DNA from: Cytophagales bacterium Alg240-R148
GTDB taxonomy: Bacteria > Bacteroidota > Bacteroidia > Cytophagales > Cyclobacteriaceae
DNA: 64,000 nt
NCBI GenBank assembly: GCA_900537185.1
Contig: LS999830.1
Coordinates: 47,440-111,439, forward strand
Reading direction: 5' to 3'
In this document: positions 55,012-64,000 of the stretch, one piece after another
Position numbering within the stretch: position 1 is the first letter of the stretch
Layout: every line of letters begins with the position of its first letter
Made by a program: the position numbers and the translations under genes
The notes under the pieces: generated by a model
Database searches by the model: none
What the model saw: only the letters and a program-made list of their open reading frames with translations
Told to the model about the DNA's origin: nothing

Positions 55012-55200
55012 AGCATTTGGATCTTTAATACAACCAAAAAGCAGGATAAGGATGAATTTAACTACACTATGAAAAACCTTTGACGCTTTGGAATATTTCA
55101 TAGGAACTTTCAATGAATAGTTGTTATTTAAGCCCTACCAAAACTATATAAGTACGGCGAAAAACGCAATGGCCGTAAATAAGTATTAATTTTTACAAAC

Positions 55201-56427
55201 ATGAAAAATTTCTGCACCCTCTATGCACATGAATTGTGTTATGATTCAATTTTGGAGCAAATACAAACTACTTTTCCGAAGGCAAAAATTACTCAAAGTC
55301 AAGAAGAGGACAATAAGCTCATTTTGGTAGAACACAAACAAGGTGTATTAAAAGGAAAAAAGACGTTTCAAGTGCGCTATCGAGAAAAAGCCCAACCGGG
55401 GTATCAGATTAAAACGATCGATTCTGTGCTCACTCAAAATTTGGCTGCTATGGCTAATTTTGTTTCGACTTTGCCCACTAGTAATAAAATGATACAAGAA
55501 CTGCTCATCCAAAAAATACAGACTATTAATAGTGAAATAGCAATTCTTACAGAAGATGACCTAAAAGAGGAACTCCAACGCTTGGTTAAAAAAATTACGG
55601 CGGCTATCGATGGGTTTATCTTTTGTACGGGCCCAACTTTGAGCGATAATGTTGCATCCGCTCAATTTCTAGACCAAGACCTTAATGTAATTCAAGACAG
55701 CCAAGGGTTTTGTGAAGTGGATTCAGTTGAAGTTAGTATTAATTCAAAGTATTTCGATGCCGACCAAAACAATCCTGAGGAAGACCAAGAGAGTCGAAAA
55801 CAAACAAATGAAGAAGTTTTAAAACAAAATGGTGTGAAGGTAAATGCCAACCTGCCACTTACCAATTCTGAAGCAGATGTTGCATTGAGAAGCCCTAAAG
55901 AAATAGCAGAAAGAGTGGTTGTTTTGGCCGTTACTAATATGGTTGCATTTAATACTATGGAAGGAGCGCAAGCTTTAGAGTATTTGGAGCATTTTGAGTT
56001 GCTAGACAAAGCCACACCCAAAGAAATGGATTTCCTAAAGGATCCAACAGAAGAAAAGAAAAGTTATGAAACTTGGAAATGCGAAGGTATATGGGTGTTG
56101 ATGTGGGCTTTGCATAAAGTGTCAGAATTAGGTTTTCCTAATAAATTGGCTGATTTGAATCAAATTGCAGCAGATGATTATCCAATTGCGGAAGGGGCTG
56201 ACCCCAATGAATTTATTGCTTCAATAGAAAATGTTAGAAAGAACCGCGAAATAATGGACGCCAATGATTTGTATTATCGTTTGGATTGGGCGTGTGTAGA
56301 TGCTAGAATCAATGGACAAGAAATGGAAGCTGTACATCCAGGGGTGGTTTATGAAAGACATTATGCGCTCAATTGGCTTATTCATTACCAGGACCAGGAA
56401 TGGGATGATGTTACCTGTGACACGTAA
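55201..56427 (+). CDS. hypothetical protein (408 aa)
   Basis: Long ORF with an acidic linker. No recognisable catalytic motif. Confidence 0.35.
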   Translation: MKNFCTLYAHELCYDSILEQIQTTFPKAKITQSQEEDNKLILVEHKQGVLKGKKTFQVRYREKAQPGYQIKTIDSVLTQNLAAMANFVSTLPTSNKMIQELLIQKIQTINSEIAILTEDDLKEELQRLVKKITAAIDGFIFCTGPTLSDNVASAQFLDQDLNVIQDSQGFCEVDSVEVSINSKYFDADQNNPEEDQESRKQTNEEVLKQNGVKVNANLPLTNSEADVALRSPKEIAERVVVLAVTNMVAFNTMEGAQALEYLEHFELLDKATPKEMDFLKDPTEEKKSYETWKCEGIWVLMWALHKVSELGFPNKLADLNQIAADDYPIAEGADPNEFIASIENVRKNREIMDANDLYYRLDWACVDARINGQEMEAVHPGVVYERHYALNWLIHYQDQEWDDVTCDT

Positions 56428-56504
56428 GTTGCTGGTGGAAGAATTGAGATAAATTTGAAACCCTTAATTACCTACTGTTTTTAAGGATAAAAAAAACAAC
56501 TTTT

Positions 56505-58712
56505 ATGACTTTAAATGAACTTTTAGAACGGGCACTTTTTTATTCGCGGTCCCAACAATGGGACAAGGCCATGGGGTATGCCAAGGAGGCTGTTGAAAAG
56601 GCGCCCAACAACTTTTTAGCACAAAAAAGGCTGTCCCTAACTTTGTGGTATTCTGGGCACAAACAGGAAGCCTATGATGCCATGCATCAGTCTGTTGATC
56701 TACAGCCTGATTTCGCAAGTGCCCACTACAACTTGGCGTGTTTTTACGCCAGCGACCAACAAAAGGAAGAAATGCTCTTGCATCTTCAAAAAGCCATTGA
56801 GTTAGAAGAATACTCCGATTATAGAGCCATGGCACTGGAGGATAGTGATTTTGATGTCTATGCCAATGACAATGATTTTCTAGAAATTGTGGAAGCTCTT
56901 AAAAAGGAAGGGAAAAAACTTTCCAATGTTTTTAATTCAGATGATTTTGAGCTTATTTCTGGTGTCCTACTCAAGATTGATAATGAAATCCCAGTAGAAG
57001 CCGTTGAATGGGACTACGAAGAGGATGGGAAATGTGTTACAGATGTTTTGGAAGCCGATGCGGATAAAATTAGTACAGAGGCTTTGCAACACCTTTTTAA
57101 GGTGACCACCAGCAACCCTTCTGTTGGTTATTACGATGGTTTTACGGCTGTATTGGACCAACTTAGGGAAAGATTGAAGAAAGACTTTGAAACATTGATA
57201 ATTAAAGCTTGGAACGATCGCTATGCTTGTACGGATGCTGGACATTTGGATACAGTAGATAGAAGGTTGTTAGAATATATGGAAGAAATGCCTGTAGAGC
57301 CTATTGCCCAATTGGTTTTAACTGGACTGAAATCCCATGGTGCTGATGCTTTGCAAGATTTTGAAAATTTGAATGCCAGTATTTTTGAATCCTTGCCCAA
57401 AGACCACCAGCTCAGAACGGAATTGGTAGAAGTTTTGGATCGGTATTACCACAAAGATCGATTTATTAAAGAGTCACTAGAGGCTAGAGAAAATAGAATT
57501 AGGTTGAGAATGCCAGCTCCTCCTCTGGACTATGATGAAACTTCAGATGATATTTGGGCTTATCAAAAAGCAGCCATTAGGCATTTTCACCCCATCCATG
57601 TATTGAATGCAGCTTCTCATTTGTCGATTCAAAGAAAGCCTGAAATTGTGGATATAGCAAGAACGGCCTTGCCCCGCATTTATGAATTTGTGTTGGACAC
57701 TTCTTTACCACTTGACCTTAGAATTGATGCCATAAAAAGTGTGTTGATGCGAATAGGAGAGGAACAAGGGGTGAAAAAATTAGGTCCAGCTCTATTGGAT
57801 ACCTCTTGTGGTTTGTTGGAAGCGCTGGGTGAATTGTTTAAAAAATTCAAGGTTTCCGCAAAAGAAAGCCGTCAAGCCGTAGATTTTCTTTTGAATGCAA
57901 GTGAAAAACAGGACAAAGGAACTTACGACCTATACGATGTTGTCACGGCCATTTCTTGGTTTCAAGACGATAGAATTCCTGGATTTTTAATGTCTTTGTT
58001 GGACAAACACCCAGAACCAGTCAGACGAGAGGCCATCAAGGGACTAGGACAACAAGGCGCTGCAACAGCCATACCACAATTGGTAGTGCAACTTCGGCGC
58101 GGTTCAGGACAATGTGTATCTGCCGCTGCTAAAGCATTGAAACAAATAGGAGGGCGTGCGCTACAAGAGTTGAAAAATGAAGACAATTACCGTTTGGTTC
58201 TAGAAAGAGCGAAAAAAGAACCTAGGTGGGCCATAAGAGGGCTGGTTTTGTTGGATATACCTGCTTTACATGATGATTTAATAGAATTATTAAAGACTAC
58301 CAAAGAGTATGAAGCCTACGACCATTTGTCTGGAGGTTTGGCAAGACTGGCCCATGAAAAGGGCATACTAGACTTGGTGCAGTTAGGAATGGACCGTTAT
58401 AGTGCGAGCAATATTGGAGGCAGGCATTTTGTGGAGGTATTTCGAGCCATTGCAAGGAATCGAAAGGAGCCGGATCCAATGGTAGTAGAACAAGTTAGAA
58501 GCTTGTTGTCTAAAGCAGAACCTTTGGATGTAGATGGGTTTGTACAAGATATGGTTAGGGACGGTACTTATATGGCCTTAGGAAAACCTACAAAAGAAGA
58601 ACGGCAAAGGGAAATGTTGTTTACTAAAGTATACAAAGAGGGTTTGGAGGGAGTTGTGGAGTACCCAGAAAAATTGGCCCAAGCCATGTTCTTAGGACAG
58701 GATAGGGGCTAA
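56505..58712 (+). CDS. TPR- and HEAT/ARM-repeat-containing protein
   Basis: N-terminal TPR helices. Later repeats such as 'PVRREAIKGLGQQG...AAKALKQIGG' are typical of HEAT (PBS lyase-like) repeats. Confidence 0.5.
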   Translation: MTLNELLERALFYSRSQQWDKAMGYAKEAVEKAPNNFLAQKRLSLTLWYSGHKQEAYDAMHQSVDLQPDFASAHYNLACFYASDQQKEEMLLHLQKAIELEEYSDYRAMALEDSDFDVYANDNDFLEIVEALKKEGKKLSNVFNSDDFELISGVLLKIDNEIPVEAVEWDYEEDGKCVTDVLEADADKISTEALQHLFKVTTSNPSVGYYDGFTAVLDQLRERLKKDFETLIIKAWNDRYACTDAGHLDTVDRRLLEYMEEMPVEPIAQLVLTGLKSHGADALQDFENLNASIFESLPKDHQLRTELVEVLDRYYHKDRFIKESLEARENRIRLRMPAPPLDYDETSDDIWAYQKAAIRHFHPIHVLNAASHLSIQRKPEIVDIARTALPRIYEFVLDTSLPLDLRIDAIKSVLMRIGEEQGVKKLGPALLDTSCGLLEALGELFKKFKVSAKESRQAVDFLLNASEKQDKGTYDLYDVVTAISWFQDDRIPGFLMSLLDKHPEPVRREAIKGLGQQGAATAIPQLVVQLRRGSGQCVSAAAKALKQIGGRALQELKNEDNYRLVLERAKKEPRWAIRGLVLLDIPALHDDLIELLKTTKEYEAYDHLSGGLARLAHEKGILDLVQLGMDRYSASNIGGRHFVEVFRAIARNRKEPDPMVVEQVRSLLSKAEPLDVDGFVQDMVRDGTYMALGKPTKEERQREMLFTKVYKEGLEGVVEYPEKLAQAMFLGQDRG

Positions 58713-58880
58713 TATAGGTGCGTGGAAAATACTTGCTCAACCTCGCACTGCAATGGTATGTGGTGGTATTTTAACTGCCAATGGGATCTTATTCCACATT
58801 TCCAGGCAATATTATTGGCTCGTGTACCCAGCTTTCAGCAGAAGGTGTTACTTTGCACCTATAATTATTAAAAAGAATCT

Positions 58881-60017
58881 ATGACTAACAAACGTTTAAA
58901 AATTGGAGAAGGGATTATCAGTGGGTATGTTTCTATATTTCTAGCCACACTTTCTCTTTTAGGGATTTTGTGTTTCAAATTTCCAGAATGGCTCACGACA
59001 CCAGAGTTTAGAGAAGTTTACACTGCGGAGATGGTAGAAAACTTGATGTTGGTGGCCATTATTTTGTCTTTTGGTTTTGCATTATTAAGCTTTTTTCTAA
59101 GTAAAAATAAACGGTATTCGGTAATTGCTCTGGTATTGTCTGCAGCCACCATTGCATTGGGAGGTTTTACAGTAGATGGTAGGTCTGTAGAAAAAGTGAA
59201 TTGGAGCATAGGATTGGACTGGTTGATATTGGATTTGTTTCTAATGGCTTTGATTTTTATTCCCATAGAACTGGCTTTTCCTAAAAGGAAGAATCAGTCG
59301 CGTTTCCACCCAGAGTGGCGCACAGATTTAATATATTTTACAGTGAGCCATTTGCTTATTCAGCTTTTTGGGGTGATTACCAGACAACCTGCAACCGTGT
59401 TTTTTGGCTGGATGAACTTGGATGGGGTGCAGGCTTGGGTACAAAGCCTTCCTTTTGTGGTTGAATTGTTCATGGCCTTGTTGATTACGGATATTTTTCA
59501 GTATTGGGCACACAGAATCTTTCATTCACACAATTATCTGTGGCGGTTCCATTCTGTCCACCATTCTACACAAAATATGGATTGGTTGGCAGGTTCTAGA
59601 ACCCATTTTGTAGACATATTCTTTACCCGTTCCATGACGTTTATTCCGCTGTATGTGCTCGGGTTTTCTTCTCTTACTTTTAATATATACATTGTTTTTA
59701 TAGCCATTCATGCAGTTTTAATCCATGCCAATACCAATATTAATTTTGGGTTTTTGAAATACATCATCACAACGCCTCAATACCACCATTGGCACCATTG
59801 TGAAGACCCCAAGTACTATGGGAAAAACTTCTCAGTCGTTTTTCCTTTTATAGATATGATTTTCGGTACTTTCTACTTACCTGGCAAGGAGTGGCCAAAA
59901 GGCACCGGTTTGCACGAGACTTCTTTTCCAAAAGGTTTTGTGAAACAATCCATTTATCCGTTTAAAGCCAACCCGTTTAAAAGTACTTTGCCCGAAGAGG
60001 AGAAAAGCGAACGGTAG
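58881..60017 (+). CDS. sterol desaturase / fatty acid hydroxylase superfamily membrane protein
   Basis: His boxes 'HRIFHSH', 'WRFHSVHHS' and 'HHWHHCE' in a polytopic membrane protein. Confidence 0.7.
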   Translation: MTNKRLKIGEGIISGYVSIFLATLSLLGILCFKFPEWLTTPEFREVYTAEMVENLMLVAIILSFGFALLSFFLSKNKRYSVIALVLSAATIALGGFTVDGRSVEKVNWSIGLDWLILDLFLMALIFIPIELAFPKRKNQSRFHPEWRTDLIYFTVSHLLIQLFGVITRQPATVFFGWMNLDGVQAWVQSLPFVVELFMALLITDIFQYWAHRIFHSHNYLWRFHSVHHSTQNMDWLAGSRTHFVDIFFTRSMTFIPLYVLGFSSLTFNIYIVFIAIHAVLIHANTNINFGFLKYIITTPQYHHWHHCEDPKYYGKNFSVVFPFIDMIFGTFYLPGKEWPKGTGLHETSFPKGFVKQSIYPFKANPFKSTLPEEEKSER

Positions 60018-60106
60018 GGTATGGGTAGATAGGGCCAGTTTTATGATTTAGAAGTAGTTACATGTTATTCATTCACAAATGCGCCAACACCTATAACAAA
60101 ACAATC

Positions 60107-61075
60107 ATGAAAAATTTAGTCTTGGTATTTTTTCTGTTAGCTGTTTTCGCTTGTAACAAGCCAGCAAAGGAAAATTCGAAAGTTGCTTCCGACTCCATCG
60201 ATACAACTAGTAAAGTAAAAAGGAAAATAGAAGCGATTACAGTATTATCCGACACCATTTACAGTACGCCATACAGCAAAGGTGATTTTGCTGATAAGTT
60301 GGAGCAAGCAAAAGTTACCTTGGACCAAGATCCTACAAATGCCAATGCCATAATTTGGTATGGGCGGTATACGGCTTATACAGGCCAATATAAAGATGCC
60401 ATTCGGATTTATACCGAAGGAATAAAACAACATCCCAACGATGCTCGATTGTACCGGCACAGGGGACACCGCTACATCAGTATTAGGCAATTGGATAAAG
60501 CAATAGCCGATTTCGAAATGGCAGCAACTTTAATCGAAGGAACTGAAGATCTGGTAGAGCCAGATGGCATGCCCAATGCCATGGGCATACCGGTTAGTAC
60601 TTTACACGGTAACATTTATTACCATTTGGGCTTGGCTTACTATTTGAAAAATGATCTGGATAATGCGCTTCGCGTGTATCGTTTGTGTGAAAAATCTTCT
60701 AAAAATGATGACATGGTGGTGTCAACAGGGCATTGGTTGTATATGACTTTGAGAAAATTGAATCAAAAAGAAGCTGCGGATAGTGTGGTGGCAAACATCA
60801 ACCTAGATATGAATGTTATAGAGAATGGGATTTATCAGAATATGTGTTTGTTTTACAAGGGTACTTGGGCTGAAGGTACTCTTAAAAAGGCAGTAGAACA
60901 GGCCCCCATAAACGATGTAGTTTTGTATGGGTTGGGCAATTGGGCTTGGTACCAAAACAAAGACAAAACCACAGCCAAAGCATACTTTGAAAAAGTACTC
61001 CAAGAAGGCAATAAGTTGTCCTTTGCCTATATCGCAGCGGAAGCAGATTATTATAGGTTGGTTCATTCGGAATGA
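60107..61075 (+). CDS. TPR-repeat lipoprotein
   Basis: Internal-Met start MKNLVLVFFLLAVFACNKP (lipobox). TPR-like helices. Confidence 0.5.
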   Translation: MKNLVLVFFLLAVFACNKPAKENSKVASDSIDTTSKVKRKIEAITVLSDTIYSTPYSKGDFADKLEQAKVTLDQDPTNANAIIWYGRYTAYTGQYKDAIRIYTEGIKQHPNDARLYRHRGHRYISIRQLDKAIADFEMAATLIEGTEDLVEPDGMPNAMGIPVSTLHGNIYYHLGLAYYLKNDLDNALRVYRLCEKSSKNDDMVVSTGHWLYMTLRKLNQKEAADSVVANINLDMNVIENGIYQNMCLFYKGTWAEGTLKKAVEQAPINDVVLYGLGNWAWYQNKDKTTAKAYFEKVLQEGNKLSFAYIAAEADYYRLVHSE

Positions 61076-61249
61076 GAGGAACTTGTTTAAGAAATACCAA
61101 CTTTAAACAGCTCTAGAGGAACAATTCGTTTTAAACCTACTTGTTGTAAAACTTTTTTGTAGTTGTAACCATCCGTAAAAAGTGCGTGCAAAAAAAGCAA
61201 GTACCAGGATAGTTTAATACAATACAACAACAAAAGGAACAACAAAAAC

Positions 61250-62683
61250 ATGAAACGAATAACTGTGCTCATGCTCTTACTCGCAATAGGTTTGCAAGGA
61301 AAAGCACAAGAAAATAAGTTAAATTATAGCGAAGCTTTTAAGCTAATAGAAGTCTGGTTGGACGCCCAAAAAGATTTTGAAAACATCCCCAGCATAACCG
61401 CTATGGTGGTGAAAGATCAAAATGTACTTTGGACAGGTTCCTTTGGTTACGCCAATATTGAAAATAGAACACCAATGGACACTGCTATTGCGTGTAGTAT
61501 TTGCTCCATTACCAAGTCATTTACAGCCGTGGCCATTATGAAATTGGTTGATTCAGGGCAGCTGAGTTTGGAAACCCCAATAAAAACAATACTTCCTTTT
61601 TACAAGGTGGAAGCAACTTTCCCTGGTGGTGCTCCGGTAACCGTTCGAACATTGTTGTCGCATACATCTGGTTTACCTGGTAATACCAACCACAGTTATT
61701 TTACAGGGCCAGATTTTATTTTTCCAACGCAGCAAGAATTCCGAACCGCTCTTGTTGGTATGGCACACCAAGCAGAAGTGGGAGCCGACATAAACTACAG
61801 CAATGTTGGATATGCCCTACTTGGGGAAATAATAGAAAAAGTATCCGGAATGCCCTACGACACTTTTGTAATGCAAGAAATAATCAGCCCTCTTAAAATG
61901 AACAAAACTTTTATGGGTTCCAACCACAATTATAAGACAAAACCTCGGGCCACAGGATATACGGCTATTAATAGAGACCGAACCAGAGAGGTGGTTAATT
62001 TATTTGATACCCAGTCCATGCAACCAGCTATGGGCCTTTGGAGCTCTATAAATGATATGGCAAAATTTGTTACCTGGCAATTTAGGTTGCACGATTCGAA
62101 TTCTGCTGAAATCCTCGAACCAGCCACTTTAAAACAAATGCACCGCATTCAATCCACCAATAAAAATTCCAAAATGCACTGGGGGTTGGGCTTTGAAATA
62201 ATAGAAAATAGAAATGGCGATGTATGGGTTTCTCATGGAGGTACTTGCCCTGGTTTTGTATCTTTGATGCAATTGAACCTCAATACAAAAATTGGTTTGG
62301 CAGTTCTGATCAATGCCAATAGGGCTTACTCTTTTAAATACCTCAATGGTATCAAACAAATATTAAGTAAGGTAAAGGTGGAGGAAGAACAAAGCAATGG
62401 CAACCACCTTAACTTGGAAGACTATGTTGGTTACTACAACATGAACCCCTGGAACAGCATGGTTTACATTGCTACTTGGGGCAATGGTTTGGTAGTGTTG
62501 CAGTTGCCTGAAAATTCACCCAAATATGGCATGCGGTTTTTTAAACCTATCAAAGGGGATAGTTTCCAAGAAGTAAAAGAAGACGGTGGGTTGGGAGATG
62601 TCTATGTATTTGAGCGCGATAATGCAGGAGAAGTTTATAGGTACAAAGACGGAGGTAATTATAAAGTTAAGTTGAAGGAGTAG
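61250..62683 (+). CDS. secreted serine hydrolase of the beta-lactamase (class C / PBP-like) family
   Basis: Signal peptide. 'CSITKSF' (SxxK) and 'YSNVGY' (YxN) motifs. Confidence 0.7.
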   Translation: MKRITVLMLLLAIGLQGKAQENKLNYSEAFKLIEVWLDAQKDFENIPSITAMVVKDQNVLWTGSFGYANIENRTPMDTAIACSICSITKSFTAVAIMKLVDSGQLSLETPIKTILPFYKVEATFPGGAPVTVRTLLSHTSGLPGNTNHSYFTGPDFIFPTQQEFRTALVGMAHQAEVGADINYSNVGYALLGEIIEKVSGMPYDTFVMQEIISPLKMNKTFMGSNHNYKTKPRATGYTAINRDRTREVVNLFDTQSMQPAMGLWSSINDMAKFVTWQFRLHDSNSAEILEPATLKQMHRIQSTNKNSKMHWGLGFEIIENRNGDVWVSHGGTCPGFVSLMQLNLNTKIGLAVLINANRAYSFKYLNGIKQILSKVKVEEEQSNGNHLNLEDYVGYYNMNPWNSMVYIATWGNGLVVLQLPENSPKYGMRFFKPIKGDSFQEVKEDGGLGDVYVFERDNAGEVYRYKDGGNYKVKLKE

Positions 62684-62927
62684 TTGTTGTGATACAAAGC
62701 ATGTTATGGATAAAAAATTTCAATGGTACCTATGTAGCTCATTCGAAAACCGTTGTAAAAGGAGAGCATGAAATTTGTAGAGGGAAATAAATGTTATTAT
62801 ATTTAGATCTAGTGTAAGTGGTTTATTATCTGATGTTTATGGTGTTTTTAAAAACTAATGTAAGGTATGACTGCAACATTATTTCGACCCTGTTTGTAAC
62901 CGAAATTAATCTTAACTTTAATTGAAA

Positions 62928-64000
62928 ATGAGATTCAAATGGCTGCTGATTCTGTTGGTTTTTCTTACTAGTTGTGAAAAATCTAACGACGACAATGAAA
63001 ACTTGAACGTGGCATTGGGGCCAGAAGGTCAAAAGCTCGATAGTCTGTTAACCCCTTATATAAACGATTTAAGATGGTTGACGGACAATCAAGCCGGACT
63101 GGCTATTGGAGTGAGCAAGGGAGATGGTATTATTTATGCACATTCGTTCGGCTATGCGGATTTAGAAAAGAAAGAAAAAGTAAACGCCAATACCTTATTT
63201 CATGTTGCTTCGGTTTCTAAGCCATTTGTGGCTTTTGCCATTGCCAAATTAATAGAACAGAAAAAAGTAAGTCTAGAAGATAAAATTGTAGAATTGATTC
63301 CAGCCTTCGAAATGAAAGGAACTGGGTACAAAGATATAACTGTACAACACATTTTAAACCATACTTCAGGGATACCAGCTAATCTTAGCCCGGACGACTG
63401 GACCAACCCTTCTTTTGGAGACAGTGCCTTAGCAGAAAACATATTGGCTGCAAAAGAACACGAACTTTTGTTTGAACCAGGTTCGCAATTTAGCTATAGC
63501 AACTCAGCCTATGATATTTTAGGACTTGTAATAAAACGAGTGAGTGGCATGCCATTTTCTGAATACATTAATTCCTATGTTTTAGAACCGGCTGGCATGC
63601 TCCAAAGCACTTATGAAAAACCCTCAGTTTCGAGTACTTCCAACTGGGCCAAAGCCTATTCCTACGGAGTTGAAACACAAGAATGGCAGCCCTATCCTTA
63701 TAATGAAAAGCTATTTCCTAGTTCTGGTTTGGTTACCAATTTGAACGATATGATGGAGTGGGCACAACTACATTTAGGAAAGGGCATTATAAATGGAGAT
63801 ACCATACTCCAAGAAAATTATTTTAAACTTTTATTGGAACACCATTTCGAAACACCCTGGGGAGACTCCATTGGTTTAAGTTGGTTTTTACAATCCTATA
63901 TGGACAGACCAATCATCATGCACCAAGGGCAGGATACAGGGTTTGAGTCTATTGTTTACCTATATCCAGAAGAAAACGTTTCCATTGTGGTGTTGGCCAA
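62928..64000 (+). CDS. second beta-lactamase-family serine hydrolase (lipoprotein), 3'-truncated by the window end
   Basis: Lipobox LTSC. 'ASVSKPF' (SxxK) and 'YSNSAY' (YxN). The frame is open to the last base. This ORF is absent from the supplied track because it has no stop codon. Confidence 0.65.
   Translation, partial: MRFKWLLILLVFLTSCEKSNDDNENLNVALGPEGQKLDSLLTPYINDLRWLTDNQAGLAIGVSKGDGIIYAHSFGYADLEKKEKVNANTLFHVASVSKPFVAFAIAKLIEQKKVSLEDKIVELIPAFEMKGTGYKDITVQHILNHTSGIPANLSPDDWTNPSFGDSALAENILAAKEHELLFEPGSQFSYSNSAYDILGLVIKRVSGMPFSEYINSYVLEPAGMLQSTYEKPSVSSTSNWAKAYSYGVETQEWQPYPYNEKLFPSSGLVTNLNDMMEWAQLHLGKGIINGDTILQENYFKLLLEHHFETPWGDSIGLSWFLQSYMDRPIIMHQGQDTGFESIVYLYPEENVSIVVLA

Overview
This is a low-GC (about 37 %) chromosomal window, probably from a Bacteroidota (Flavobacteriia/Sphingobacteriia-like) genome. 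The probable lineage is judged from AT-rich intergenic regions, TAnnTTTG-type -7 promoter boxes, SpII-type lipoprotein signals and 'N-terminal TPR + 7TM + AraC' regulators. Genes are densely packed and mostly on the + strand. I found no rRNA, tRNA, CRISPR array, transposase or integrase.

Recognisable housekeeping and accessory genes include:
- a delta-9 fatty-acid desaturase and a sterol-desaturase-family hydroxylase;
- a group-III truncated-globin-like gene;
- an IMPDH-family gene;
- an M20 peptidase;
- a polysaccharide deacetylase with a hexapeptide transferase;
- an MBL hydrolase;
- two SAM-dependent methyltransferases;
- a GNAT acetyltransferase, a VOC-family protein, a CYTH protein and an NYN+OST-HTH protein;
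- two class-C beta-lactamase-like serine hydrolases.

Three regions stand out.
1. Position 8.3-13.5 kb (- strand) encodes a 1743-aa multi-kinase. Its domains run Ser/Thr-kinase-like, P-loop NTPase, TPR, GAF, HisKA and HATPase. It converges on a separate histidine kinase plus a small protein.
2. Position 27.4-28.9 kb (- strand) is a two-gene operon. An XRE-HTH / S24 LexA-like autopeptidase repressor sits upstream of a single-HKD phospholipase-D-family (Nuc-like) protein. A perfect 14-bp palindrome lies in their promoter.
3. Position 29.1-45.9 kb (+ strand) is a long co-directional membrane-stress-like locus. It begins directly divergent from the repressor in region 2.
   - Gene order: YbjN-like, PspA/IM30, NfeD-like (YqiJ-like), flotillin (YqiK-like), a small TM protein, a 1638-aa single-AAA+ ATPase, a 47-aa unannotated TM peptide (translationally coupled), two TPM-domain membrane proteins, a hypothetical protein, a DUF4178-like protein, a low-complexity lipoprotein, a 4x DUF350 membrane protein, a 7TM-fused spermidine-synthase-like aminopropyltransferase, and a CYTH protein.
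   - This resembles the E. coli yjfIJKLMC / yqiJK membrane-stress neighbourhoods and has the giant ATPase and TPM proteins embedded in it. It is the best candidate for an uncharacterised system in the window.

The window also contains a probable frameshifted alpha/beta-hydrolase (proline-iminopeptidase-like) pseudogene at 47.2-48.2 kb. All family assignments are from motif recognition by eye, and no database search was possible.
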